DNA of 64,000 bases from Dehalococcoidia bacterium (GCA_965218945.1 OZ244718.1:2621700-2685699), one strand, 5' to 3'. Shown: positions 1 to 9,420, numbered from the stretch's first letter. Program-made: numbers and translations. The notes: generated by a model from the sequence alone, not told the origin.

Positions 1-1
1 G

Positions 2-3000
2 GCGACGACGGCGGCCGAGCCGACGACGTTCGCGGCGGCGGTGGGCGACGAGGAGGTCGTGCTGTCGTGGGACGCGCCGGATTCCGCTTCGGGCGTCACG
101 CGCCACGAGTACCAGTACAAGGAGGGGACCGGGGCCTACCAGGGCTGGGAGCAGATCGCCAACAGCGGGGTGGACGGCGCGAACGAGGCCGGCTTCACGG
201 TGACGGGCCTGACCAACGAGGTCCTCCACACCTTCCAGCTCCGCGCGGTGAACGCCCAGGGCGAGAGCACCGCGGCCGAGGCGGACGCGGTGACGCCGAC
301 GCCCGGCATCTGCGGCCGCACGGCGAAGATCCAGGAGGTGATCCTGGCCGAGCTCGCGGACGTCAGCGAGTGCGCGGCGGTGACCGTGGCCGACCTGGCG
401 TCGATCACGACGTTCGGGCTGAGCGCGCTCGGCACGTTCAACCAGGGGATCACCTCGCTCCAGGCGGGCGATTTCGCGGGGCTGACGGCGCTGACGCAAC
501 TTAACCTGAGTCAAAACCAGCTCACGACGCTGCCCGAGGGGATCTTCTCCGGCCTGACCGCGGTTGAGGGAATCAGCATGGAACAAAACCAGCTGACGGC
601 GCTGCCCGAGGGGATGTTCGCGGGGCTTCCAAATCTGACATTGATCCTATTGACGGGTAACAGTCTCACCGCCATCCCGCCCCGGGCGTTCGCCGGCCTG
701 ACGGGGCTAACAAACATCAGTCTGGGCCTTAACGATCTGACTGCCCTGCCCGCCGGGCTGTTCACCGACCTGACGACGCTGGAAAACATCAGTCTGGCCG
801 ATAACGACCTGACTGCCCTGCCGGCCGGGGTGTTCTCGGGCCTGACGGTGCTGGATACTCTCTATCTGGGCGGAAACGAATTGAGTTCGCTCGACGCCGG
901 GGTGTTCTCCGGCCTGACGTCGCTGGAGCGCCTCGAACTGGATCGCAACGACCTGAGTTCGCTCCCCGCCGGGGTGTTCTCCGGCTTGGCGGCGTTGACA
1001 CGCCTCAATCTGGACGACAACGATCTGAGTTCGCTCCCCGACGGCCTGCTCTCCGGCCTGACGGGGCTGACACGGCTCCAGCTGTTCGACAACCCCAACT
1101 CCGGCGATACGCTGGCGCTGACCGTGACGGTGGAGAAGTTCGGGACCGACCAGGCGCGGGCGAAGGTGCTGGCGGGGGCGCCGTTCGCGGTGAACTTCAC
1201 GGCGACGGTGGTGAACGGTTCGCTCCCGACGGGCGTCACGAAGCTTGCCGTGGCGGCGGGCTCGGTGGAGGGCACGGCGGTCACCGTGACCCGCACGTCC
1301 GGGACGATGGCGGCGGTGACGGTGGACATCGACCTGACCACCCAGCCGACCCTGCCCGAGTTCCACAGTGGCTACGAGTTCGTGAAGGCGACCTCGGGCC
1401 TGCCGGCGGAGATCCTGCCGGACACCAGGGGCCCCCAGAATTTCACCGCCAAGCCGGGCGACGGGCAGGCCGTGCTGTCGTGGACCGCGCCGGCGTCGGG
1501 TTCCGGCGTGACGAAACACCAGTACCGCCAGAAGGAGGGGACCGGGAGCTATCCCGCGAACTGGACTGACATCCCCAACAGCGCGGAGGGCGAGGCGAAC
1601 GAGGACGGCTACACGGTGCCGGGCCTCACCAACGAGACGGTATACACCTTCGAGCTCAAGCGGTTCGTCGGCACGACCGAGAGCGCGACGGCGGAGTCGA
1701 ACGCGGTGACGCCGACGCCCGGCATCTGCGACCGCACGCAGCAGGTGCAGGACGGCATCCTGGCCGGGCTCGCGGACGTCAGCGACTGCGCGGCGGTGAC
1801 CGTCGCCGACCTGGAGAGTTTCACGGCCTCCCTGGAGTTTGCGGGTGAGGACATCGCGTCGCTGAAGTCGGGCGACTTCGCGGGGCTGTCGAACCTGGAT
1901 GTCCTGGAACTTTCCAGAAACACCTTCACCACGCTTCCCGCGAACGTGTTCTCCGGCCTGACGTCGCTGACAAGCCTGAAGGTGTCAAACGGCGAGCTGA
2001 GTTCGATCGACGCCCGGGCGTTCTCCGGGCTAACGGCGCTGGAAGTACTCAAACTGGATACCAACGACCTGGATTCGCTCCCCGGGACCGTGTTCTCCGG
2101 TCTGACGACGCTGATAACCCTCGAGCTGAACGGTAACGACCTGGCCTCGCTTCCCGGGACCGTGTTCAATGGCCTGTCGGCGCTGCATACTCTTCATCTG
2201 CAGAGCAACGATCTGGAAACGCTCCCCGCCGGGCTGTTCTCCGGCCTGTCGGCGCTGTCAACCCTCACACTGGCCGATAACGATCTGACTGCGATCCCCG
2301 CCCAGGTGTTCTCCGGCCTGTCGGCGCTGGAAATCCTCAATCTGAGCGACAACGACCTGAACTCGCTCGACGCCGGGGTGTTCTCCGGCCTGAGCAATCT
2401 GCGATCCCTGTCGCTGCGAAACAACCAACTGAGTGCGCTCCCCGACGGGCTGTTCTCCGGCCTAACGGCGCTGACTGGTCTCAATCTGAGCGACAACACC
2501 ACCAACCCCATGCCGCTCACGGTGACGGTGGAGAAGTTCGGGACCGACCAGGCGCGGGCGAAGGTGCTCGCGGGGGCGCCGTTCGCGGTGGAGTTCACGG
2601 CGACGGTGGTGAACGGTTCGCTCCCGACGGGCGTCACGAAGCTTGCCGTGGCGAAGGGCTCGGCGGAGGGCACGGCGGTCACCGTGACCCGCACGACCGG
2701 GACGATGGAGGCGGTGACGGTGGACATCGACCTGAGCACCCAGCCGTCCCTGCCCGACAAGCACGAGGGCTACACCTTCGCCCGGGCCTCGGACCTGCCG
2801 GCGGAAATCCTGCCGGCGGAGGCGTCGCTGGAGCCGCCGACCGGCCTCAGCGCCACGCCCGGCGACCGGCTGGCGGTTCTCACCTGGACCCCGCCGGCGT
2901 CGGATTCGGGCTTCACGCGCCACCAGTACCGCTACGGGACGGACGGAGACTTCGTGGACTGGACGGATATCCCCGACAGCGGGCCGGGCGAAGCGAACGG

Positions 3001-6000
3001 GTCGCGGTACACGGTGACGGGGCTCGACAACGCGGTTGAGTACAGCTTCGAGCTGCGCGCGCGGGACGCGGGCGCCGGTAGGAGCCACGCGGCGACGGTG
3101 GCGGTGACGCCGGAGGGTCCGCCGCGGATCCTCTCGGTCGAGGTGACCTCGGTTCCGGTCCTGGACAACGAGACCACCTACGGCGCGGGCGAGGAGGTCG
3201 ATATCTCGGTGACCTTCGACCAGCCGGTGGTGGTCGAGGGCGCCCCGCAGCTCGTGCTCGACGTGGACGGATCGCGCCTGGCGGAGTACCACGAGGGCAG
3301 CGGCAGCAACACGCTGGTGTTCGCCTACGTGGTGACGGAGAGCGACCGAGATACCGACGGCGTCTCGGTCGGCGACAACGCGCTCCGGCTGGACGGCGGC
3401 GACGTCATCCGCAACGGCGCGGGCGACGCCGCCGAGCTGGACCACGAGGGGCTGGGCCAGCAGTCCGGCCACATGGTGGACGGCGGGCGGCGGGCTGGCG
3501 TGCACGATCACGGCGAGTTCACCCACTCGCATTCGCATTCCAGGCAACAGTATCCCGAGCACACGCACGAGGGCCACGAGCACCCCGACGAGGCCAACGA
3601 CCACAAGCGCCGGCCCGGGACGCACGTGCACCACGCGCAGGAGGACCTGAATGCGGAAATCTCCGGCGGCCCCGACCTGCGCGGGCACGACAATGTCGAG
3701 CACACGCACCTCTGCTATGACCTGAAACCCTCGTGCAACCAGGGCGACCTCTACAGCGAGCGGGGCGACGAGCTGGGGCTGCCGATCGAGGTGACCCATT
3801 CCCACGAGCACTCCGAGCCGGGCCACCGCTTCGACTGGCGGGCGTTCTTCGAGGGAGGCGGGTCCGGCGCGACGGTGTCGGTGGCGGACGCGGTGGCGGT
3901 GCGAGGCGAGGGCCGCACGCTGGACTTCGAGGTGAGCCTGGAGCCGGCGGTGGCGTTCGCGGTGCGGGTGGACTACGCGACGGTGGACGGCACGGCGACC
4001 GCGGGCGAGGACTACCGGGAGACGTCGGGCGTGCTGGAGATCCCGCCCGGGCAGACGCGCGGGACGGTGTCGGTGCGGATGCCGGCGGACGGGCCGGGGG
4101 ACGGCCCGGAACTGTTCGAACTGACGCTGGGCTCCGCCACGGCGACGACGGTGGCGGACGGCGAGGCGACGGGCACGATCCTGACGCCGGGGCCGTCGAC
4201 GCCGCCGGTGATCGAGAGGATCGCGGTGGCCTCGACGCCGCGGCTGAGCTCGGACGGCAACTGGAAGGACACCTACGGCGAGGGCGAGAACATCCGCATC
4301 GAGGTGACCTTCGACCAGCCGGTGGTGGTGGTGGGCGACCCGACGTTCGCGCTCGAGGTGGGCGACCCGTGCGAGTCGGTGTGCGAGGCCGACTACGAGT
4401 CGGGGAGCGGCGCGGACACGCTGGTGTTCGCGTACCTGGTGCTGGAGGTCGACGTCGACCGCAACGGCGTCGCGATCCGCGGCAACCCGATCGAGGTGGT
4501 GCTCGGCGACAGCATCCGCAACGCGGCGGGCCAGGAGGCGGACCTTTCCTCCAAGGGGAAGGGCACGCAGCACAACCACAGGGTGAACGGGTCGCGGTCG
4601 GCGGCGGCGCACCTGTCGGTGGCGAACGCCGAGGCGCGCGAGGCCGACGGCGAGATGACGTTCACGGTGCGCCTGGAACCGCACGGGCTGGGCATCGTGA
4701 CGGTCAACTACGCGACGAGCGACGGCTCGGCGCGGGCGGGCGAGGACTACACGGAGACGGGCGGCAGGCTGAGGTTCAATTCGCTGGAGACGGAGCGGAC
4801 GGTGACGGTGCCGATCACGGACGACACCGAGCCGGACGACGGCGAGACGTTCACGCTTACGCTGTCGAACCCGGACGGCGCGAAGATCAGGGCCGGCGAC
4901 GGCGAGGCCACGGGCACGATCCACAACAGCGAGCCGCAGGAGGCGCTGACGGCGTCCTTCGAGGACGTGCCGGCGGCGCACGACGGCGCCGCGTTCCGGT
5001 TCCGGGTGGCGTTCAGCGAGGACATCGGCATCAGCTTCCAGGCGCTGCGCGAGGACGCGTTCGCGGTGACGAACGGGCGGATCACGGACGGGGTGCCGGT
5101 GGACGACCGGCGGGACCTGTTCGATATGACGCTGGAGCCGGACGGCGACGGCGACGTGGCGGTCACGCTTGAGGCGGACCGCGACTGCGCGGAGTCCGGG
5201 GCGATCTGCACGAAGGGCGAGCCGCAGCGGCGGCTGACGACCACGGTGTCGGCGATGGTGGCCGGCCCGGACGGCGCGGCAAACGCCCCGGCCACGGGCG
5301 CGCCGGCCATCGCGGGCAGGCTCCGGGTGGGGGAGATCCTTTCCGCCCTGACCTCGGGCATCGCCGACGAGGACGGGCTGGAGGAGGCGGAGTTCGCCCA
5401 CCAGTGGCTCCGCGGGGACGCGGACATCGCCGGCGCCACCGGCTACAGATACACCCTGGCCGATAGCGACGAGGGCAGGACCATCAGGGTAAGGGTGACC
5501 TTCACCGACGACGCGGGCAACGAGGAGTCGCTGACCAGCGCACCCACGGAGCCGGTGTTGGAGGAGCCGGTGTTTGGGGACGGCCCGCCGGGAGCGCCGC
5601 GCAACCTCACCGTCACCGCCGGAGACCAGGAGGTCACCCTGTCCTGGGAGCCGCCCGACGACAACGGCAACGCGCCCGCGACGAGATACCGCATCGAGTG
5701 GAGGATAGACGGCAAGGACTACAAAAAGGGGCATTGGGGCCCATCGGGAGAGACTACCTATACGAAGACCGACCTGGCCAATGGAGTGAAGTACATCTTC
5801 CGGGTAAAGGCCGAGAACGGCAACGGCAACAGCTACGGACCATACGGACCGGCCTCTGAGGAGGTGAGCGCCACCCCTACGTCCGGCTCGGCGGTGGACC
5901 TGGGCACGCCGGTGCTGTCGAACACGAAGACCCTGCATCACGGCATGGTGAAGCTGGACTGGGAGGACGTAGAGGACGCCGGTTGGTATGTAGTCCAGTA

Positions 6001-7804
6001 CTACCACGTCAAAGGTGGGGAGTGGCTGGACCTGCCCGCCGCCGGAGTGGACATCGCGTTCCACGGTTCGAGCGCGGTGGTGAGCAACCTGCATGGGCTC
6101 TCGTGGCTGAGGGTTCGAGCGATGAGCTGTGCCGGAGAATCGGAGTGGTCGCAGATCGAGGAGTTGTACGGGACCAACGCATCGGACTGGGAGGGCGTGC
6201 CCGTGCCGGAGGTGGAGGAGGGCGACGAGATCGAGCCATGCCCCGTGATCCTGGGCACGCCGGTGCTTTCGAACACGGAGACCCTGCATCACGGCATGGT
6301 GCAGCTGGACTGGCAGGACATTGAGGACGCCGGTTGGTACGTGGTCCAGTACTACCACGCCAAAGGTGGGGAGTGGTTGGATCTGCCCGCCGAGGGAGTG
6401 GACATCGCGTTCCACGGGTCAAGCGCGGTGGTGAGCAACCTGCATGGGCTCTCGTGGCTGAGGGTTCGAGCGATGAGCTGTGCAGGAGCATCGGAGTGGT
6501 CGCAGATCGAGGAGTTGTACGGGACCAATGCATCGGACTGGGAGGGCGTGCCCGTACCGGAGGTGGCGGAGGGCGACGAGATCGAGCCGTGCTCCGAAGA
6601 CGCGGACACATCTGACAACACACCAGCCACCGGAGTTCCCACGATCAGCGGGACCGCCCAAGTCGGAGAGACCCTGACGGCGAACACGTCTGGGGTCGCC
6701 GACGCCGACGGCCTAACGAACGCCACCCACAGATACCAGTGGCTTGCGGACGACGCTGCAATCGCGGGCGCTACCGGCTCGACCTACACCCTTGCCGATA
6801 GCGAAGAGGGCAAGGCCATCACGGTGCAGGTGAGCTTCACCGACGACGCGGGCAACAATGAGACGCTGACCAGCACGGCCACGGACGCAGTGGCGGCAGC
6901 GCCCACGCCCAACAGTCCGGCCACCGGCGCGCCCACCATCAGCGGGACGGCCCAGGTGGGCGAAACGCTCACGGTGGACACGTCGGGGATCGCCGACGCC
7001 GACGGGCTTAGCAACGTCCAGTACGAGTACCAGTGGCTGGCCGACGATACCGAAATCGCGGGGGCTACAGGCTCCACATACACCGTGGCCGCCGCTGACG
7101 AAGGCAAGGCCATCAAGGTCCGAGTCACCTTCACCGACGACGCGGGCAACGAGGAAACGCTGACCAGCGCAGCGACGGCAGCCGTGGCCGGTGCGCAACC
7201 CACGGAGCCGCCCGCCAGGCCCACGGGCCTCTCGGCCACGGCGTCCCACGACTCGGTGACCCTCACCTGGGAAGACCCCGGCGACGACACCATCACCGGC
7301 TACGTGATCCTGCGGCGCGTCCGCGTGAACAATACCGGGGGCGACTTCAGTGAACTGGTGGCGGACACGGGCACAGCGGCGACCACCTACACCGACGACA
7401 CGGTGGCTGCCGGCACCACTTACACCTACCGTATCAAGGCCATCAACGGGGCCGGAACGAGTGAACGCTCGCGCTGGTTCCACATCGACACTCCGGCAGC
7501 GCCCGTACCCGATAAGCCCACGGGCTTGTCCGCCACGGCGTCCCACGACTCGGTGACCCTCACCTGGGAAGACCCCGGCGACGATAGCATCACCGGCTAC
7601 GTGATCCTGCGGCGCCTCCGCTACGACGACCCCTCGGGCCACTTCGATGAGTTGGTGGCGGACACGGGGACGGCGGCGACCACGTACACCGACGATACGG
7701 CAAAGGCCAACACTCACTATACCTACCGGATCAAGGCCATCAGCGGGGCCGGGGTGAGCGAGCGTTCCCGCTGGTTCCACATCCAGACCCAGGAGGCCCC
7801 GTAG
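2..7804 (+). CDS. Giant secreted/surface multi-domain protein, 5'-truncated by the window edge (FN3, two LRR blocks, Ig-like, His-rich, two Calx-beta, four ~95-aa beta repeats, duplicated C-terminal FN3)
   Basis: The reading frame is open from position 2, with no stop upstream of the GVDE... residues at 41. FN3-like 'VLSWxAPxxxSGVTxHxYxxKEG...Y.F.LRA' units recur. There are two blocks of ~24-aa 'LxxLxLxxNxLtxLPxGxFxGL' leucine-rich repeats. Two 'DYxxxxGxLxFxxGxTxxTVxV' Calx-beta-like units are present. Stop is TAG at 7802-7804. Confidence 0.8.
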   Translation, partial: ATTAAEPTTFAAAVGDEEVVLSWDAPDSASGVTRHEYQYKEGTGAYQGWEQIANSGVDGANEAGFTVTGLTNEVLHTFQLRAVNAQGESTAAEADAVTPTPGICGRTAKIQEVILAELADVSECAAVTVADLASITTFGLSALGTFNQGITSLQAGDFAGLTALTQLNLSQNQLTTLPEGIFSGLTAVEGISMEQNQLTALPEGMFAGLPNLTLILLTGNSLTAIPPRAFAGLTGLTNISLGLNDLTALPAGLFTDLTTLENISLADNDLTALPAGVFSGLTVLDTLYLGGNELSSLDAGVFSGLTSLERLELDRNDLSSLPAGVFSGLAALTRLNLDDNDLSSLPDGLLSGLTGLTRLQLFDNPNSGDTLALTVTVEKFGTDQARAKVLAGAPFAVNFTATVVNGSLPTGVTKLAVAAGSVEGTAVTVTRTSGTMAAVTVDIDLTTQPTLPEFHSGYEFVKATSGLPAEILPDTRGPQNFTAKPGDGQAVLSWTAPASGSGVTKHQYRQKEGTGSYPANWTDIPNSAEGEANEDGYTVPGLTNETVYTFELKRFVGTTESATAESNAVTPTPGICDRTQQVQDGILAGLADVSDCAAVTVADLESFTASLEFAGEDIASLKSGDFAGLSNLDVLELSRNTFTTLPANVFSGLTSLTSLKVSNGELSSIDARAFSGLTALEVLKLDTNDLDSLPGTVFSGLTTLITLELNGNDLASLPGTVFNGLSALHTLHLQSNDLETLPAGLFSGLSALSTLTLADNDLTAIPAQVFSGLSALEILNLSDNDLNSLDAGVFSGLSNLRSLSLRNNQLSALPDGLFSGLTALTGLNLSDNTTNPMPLTVTVEKFGTDQARAKVLAGAPFAVEFTATVVNGSLPTGVTKLAVAKGSAEGTAVTVTRTTGTMEAVTVDIDLSTQPSLPDKHEGYTFARASDLPAEILPAEASLEPPTGLSATPGDRLAVLTWTPPASDSGFTRHQYRYGTDGDFVDWTDIPDSGPGEANGSRYTVTGLDNAVEYSFELRARDAGAGRSHAATVAVTPEGPPRILSVEVTSVPVLDNETTYGAGEEVDISVTFDQPVVVEGAPQLVLDVDGSRLAEYHEGSGSNTLVFAYVVTESDRDTDGVSVGDNALRLDGGDVIRNGAGDAAELDHEGLGQQSGHMVDGGRRAGVHDHGEFTHSHSHSRQQYPEHTHEGHEHPDEANDHKRRPGTHVHHAQEDLNAEISGGPDLRGHDNVEHTHLCYDLKPSCNQGDLYSERGDELGLPIEVTHSHEHSEPGHRFDWRAFFEGGGSGATVSVADAVAVRGEGRTLDFEVSLEPAVAFAVRVDYATVDGTATAGEDYRETSGVLEIPPGQTRGTVSVRMPADGPGDGPELFELTLGSATATTVADGEATGTILTPGPSTPPVIERIAVASTPRLSSDGNWKDTYGEGENIRIEVTFDQPVVVVGDPTFALEVGDPCESVCEADYESGSGADTLVFAYLVLEVDVDRNGVAIRGNPIEVVLGDSIRNAAGQEADLSSKGKGTQHNHRVNGSRSAAAHLSVANAEAREADGEMTFTVRLEPHGLGIVTVNYATSDGSARAGEDYTETGGRLRFNSLETERTVTVPITDDTEPDDGETFTLTLSNPDGAKIRAGDGEATGTIHNSEPQEALTASFEDVPAAHDGAAFRFRVAFSEDIGISFQALREDAFAVTNGRITDGVPVDDRRDLFDMTLEPDGDGDVAVTLEADRDCAESGAICTKGEPQRRLTTTVSAMVAGPDGAANAPATGAPAIAGRLRVGEILSALTSGIADEDGLEEAEFAHQWLRGDADIAGATGYRYTLADSDEGRTIRVRVTFTDDAGNEESLTSAPTEPVLEEPVFGDGPPGAPRNLTVTAGDQEVTLSWEPPDDNGNAPATRYRIEWRIDGKDYKKGHWGPSGETTYTKTDLANGVKYIFRVKAENGNGNSYGPYGPASEEVSATPTSGSAVDLGTPVLSNTKTLHHGMVKLDWEDVEDAGWYVVQYYHVKGGEWLDLPAAGVDIAFHGSSAVVSNLHGLSWLRVRAMSCAGESEWSQIEELYGTNASDWEGVPVPEVEEGDEIEPCPVILGTPVLSNTETLHHGMVQLDWQDIEDAGWYVVQYYHAKGGEWLDLPAEGVDIAFHGSSAVVSNLHGLSWLRVRAMSCAGASEWSQIEELYGTNASDWEGVPVPEVAEGDEIEPCSEDADTSDNTPATGVPTISGTAQVGETLTANTSGVADADGLTNATHRYQWLADDAAIAGATGSTYTLADSEEGKAITVQVSFTDDAGNNETLTSTATDAVAAAPTPNSPATGAPTISGTAQVGETLTVDTSGIADADGLSNVQYEYQWLADDTEIAGATGSTYTVAAADEGKAIKVRVTFTDDAGNEETLTSAATAAVAGAQPTEPPARPTGLSATASHDSVTLTWEDPGDDTITGYVILRRVRVNNTGGDFSELVADTGTAATTYTDDTVAAGTTYTYRIKAINGAGTSERSRWFHIDTPAAPVPDKPTGLSATASHDSVTLTWEDPGDDSITGYVILRRLRYDDPSGHFDELVADTGTAATTYTDDTAKANTHYTYRIKAISGAGVSERSRWFHIQTQEAP
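5900..6601 (+). repeat. Near-identical tandem duplication (2 x 351 bp, 117 aa each) inside the giant CDS
   Basis: 5900-6250 and 6251-6601 both start 'ctgggcacgccggtgct'. They encode 'LGTPVLSNTxTLHHGMVxLDWxDxEDAGWYVVQYYH...' with only scattered substitutions. Confidence 0.85.
7220..7801 (+). repeat. Near-identical tandem duplication (2 x ~297 bp) of the C-terminal FN3 domain of the giant CDS
   Basis: Both units begin 'cccacgggc..tc.gccacggcgtcccacgactcggtgaccctcacctgggaagaccccggcgacga', at 7220 and 7517. Confidence 0.85.
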
Positions 7805-7942
7805 CAGGTATCGAGGACTGCGAAGGCGAGGGAGCCATCGGCACGAGCGACGGCAGAAAGCTGTCCAACGAGTTGGCGCCGACCGTCAGCGGTCCGGGCC
7901 GGTAGAGGGCAACGGAAAAAGGCCGCACACATGTGTGAAGCT

Positions 7943-7988
7943 GGGGAGGCCGCCGGAGCCTTTGGACAAGCCGAGCGGCGGCCTCCCC
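7943..7988 (+). terminator. Perfect 13-bp stem hairpin downstream of the giant CDS
   Basis: GGGGAGGCCGCCG (7943-7955) pairs with CGGCGGCCTCCCC (7976-7988). No U-tract follows. The same stem sequence recurs at 12902-12937. Confidence 0.4.
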
Positions 7989-8116
7989 CAGGGCTACGGG
8001 TTGGACTGGCTGTGGGCGCTTGCGCTCCGCACACCGTCCTGTAAGGGGATTGCGGACGGCCCGGACATCGCAGTTGGAGGAGATTGCAGCCGTCCTGCGG
8101 AAGGACCGGCGATTCC

Positions 8117-8362
8117 ATGCCGAGACAGCGCATACACCACACCAGAGAGACCTACGACTTCCCCGACGACTTCCCTGAGCGGCTGAAGCGGTTCAAGGAG
8201 GAGTCGGGCCTGACGTGGGCGGAGCTGAATCGGCGTCTCGGCACCCATCCCTACACCATGAGGCGCTGGAGGGATAAGGTGGTTCGGCCCAGCACGCGGC
8301 ACATGATAGCGCTGCTGAAGCTGGCGAACTCGCTGGACCTCGGCCACATATTCACCGAATAG
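8117..8362 (+). CDS. Small helix-turn-helix protein, paralog of 36943-37269
   Basis: ATG at 8117 inside ORF 8084-8362. 'FPDDFPERLKRFKEESGLTWAELNRRLGTHPYTMRRWR' aligns with 'LPDDFGQRLERLKEASGLSWRGFAKALGVDPKQLRLWR' of the second copy. Confidence 0.6.
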   Translation: MPRQRIHHTRETYDFPDDFPERLKRFKEESGLTWAELNRRLGTHPYTMRRWRDKVVRPSTRHMIALLKLANSLDLGHIFTE

Positions 8363-8435
8363 GGAGGCGGCGCCTCGGCGATGGCCTGCGATCCCCAGGG
8401 GCTTAAACGCAAAAAGGGCTGCATACATGGACGTG

Positions 8436-8472
8436 CGGAGGGAGGACACTTAGATTCTGTGTCCTCCCTCCG
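8436..8472. terminator. Perfect 14-bp stem hairpin between convergent genes
   Basis: CGGAGGGAGGACAC, loop ttagattct, then GTGTCCTCCCTCCG. It lies between the stops of 8117-8362 (+) and 8513-8995 (-). Confidence 0.4.
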
Positions 8473-8512
8473 TGACTTGCGCTCTAGCGTCCCGCGCCGA
8501 CCAGTGCGGACC

Positions 8513-8995
8513 TTAGAACAACCTCAACGACTCAGGCTCCTGCTGGTCTGCCTCTCCCTCGGTGGCCTCGGCCTGGGCCGCACCTTGCGAACGCCGTGGC
8601 TGACGCCTGACCGGGGAAGCGGGTCTCGCGTGCGCCGGATGCTTGGGTTCGTCCTCCCACCTGGCTCTTGCCCTTTCGACCACCGCCGGGACCTCCTGGG
8701 TCAGCCCGGATAGGTCAGGGTCATCGAAGGACTCGATGTGCGGGTCCGCCGAGGGCTGTTGCACCCCGATGGTGGCCCGGACTCCCTTGATGGACACCAC
8801 GACCTTCAGGTCCTCAGGCCCATCGATCTGCTCCTCGCCGTCCTCAGCGCCCTGAGGGTCCTGTTCGATCTCCTCGTTGTCTTTCAGTTCGTCGGCAACC
8901 GCAGCGGCTGCGTCGTCCGCCGCGTCGCCGAAGAGACTCTCGTCTGCGCTCGGGGCATCCGAGCGGGTTGCTTCCGTTCCAGTTTCGTCAGGCAT
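8513..8995 (-). CDS. Acidic hypothetical protein, last gene of the minus-strand block
   Basis: 160-aa ORF with D/E-rich termini and a central 'LKVVVSIKGVRATIGVQQP' segment. I recognise no family. Confidence 0.5.
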   Translation of the reverse strand: MPDETGTEATRSDAPSADESLFGDAADDAAAAVADELKDNEEIEQDPQGAEDGEEQIDGPEDLKVVVSIKGVRATIGVQQPSADPHIESFDDPDLSGLTQEVPAVVERARARWEDEPKHPAHARPASPVRRQPRRSQGAAQAEATEGEADQQEPESLRLF

Positions 8996-9047
8996 GGTTT
9001 CTCCTCTCCTTTGCTTCTTCTCTGACGGGGTCTCTATGCGCCGTTCA

Positions 9048-9420
9048 CTAGGCCGCTGTCCATCGCGACTGTCTCCTGATCTCGCCGAGGGTCTGCGGCT
9101 CCCAGTACAGGTCGCGCTCCACGGCGGGAACCTTTCCGAACACGGTTACTTCCGCCATCTCCGTGAGGTCGAAGTAGCCCAGTTCAGTCTCGAACCCTTC
9201 GACGAGGCCGAAGCACAGTCCGGTCTCGGGGTCCCACTCGGTGATGTACCAGCGCCAGCCGTTGTAGGGGGAGAACAGCTTCACCCTGGCAACGACGGCG
9301 TCGGGGTCGTCCGCGCCGTCATTGGCGTACAGGGGCGGGATCGTGTCGGCGAGCTCCTTGGTCATCAGCTTGTGTCCGCGGCGCTCGCTGTGGTTGTCCT
9401 TCCAGGTCGTGGTGGTCATC
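9048..9420 (-). CDS. DUF2958-family protein (common ICE/plasmid accessory protein)
   Basis: An internal ATG at 9420 gives 'MTTTTWKDN...IPPLYANDG...VKLFSPYNGWRWYITEWDPETGLCFGLVEGFETELGYFDLTEM...VERDLYWEP'. This matches the DUF2958 pattern I remember (LY..., FF.P...WtWY.tE, fGlV.G.e.ElGYfsl.EL). The upstream part of ORF 9048-9878 looks off-frame. Confidence 0.8.

Noticed and set aside
2462-6415. 1,317-aa minus-strand ORF, and the 479-aa plus-strand ORF at 3733-5172, inside the giant gene
   Set aside because: They are extremely Arg/Gly/Pro/His-rich low-complexity translations with no motifs, and they are antisense or off-frame to a CDS with clear domain repeats. Such shadow ORFs are typical of GC3-saturated DNA.
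7805-8512. Possible left attachment site of the island between the giant gene and the HTH gene
   Set aside because: I found no copy of the tRNA-Ala 3' segment here, only hairpins. The giant gene has the same GC-rich composition as the island.
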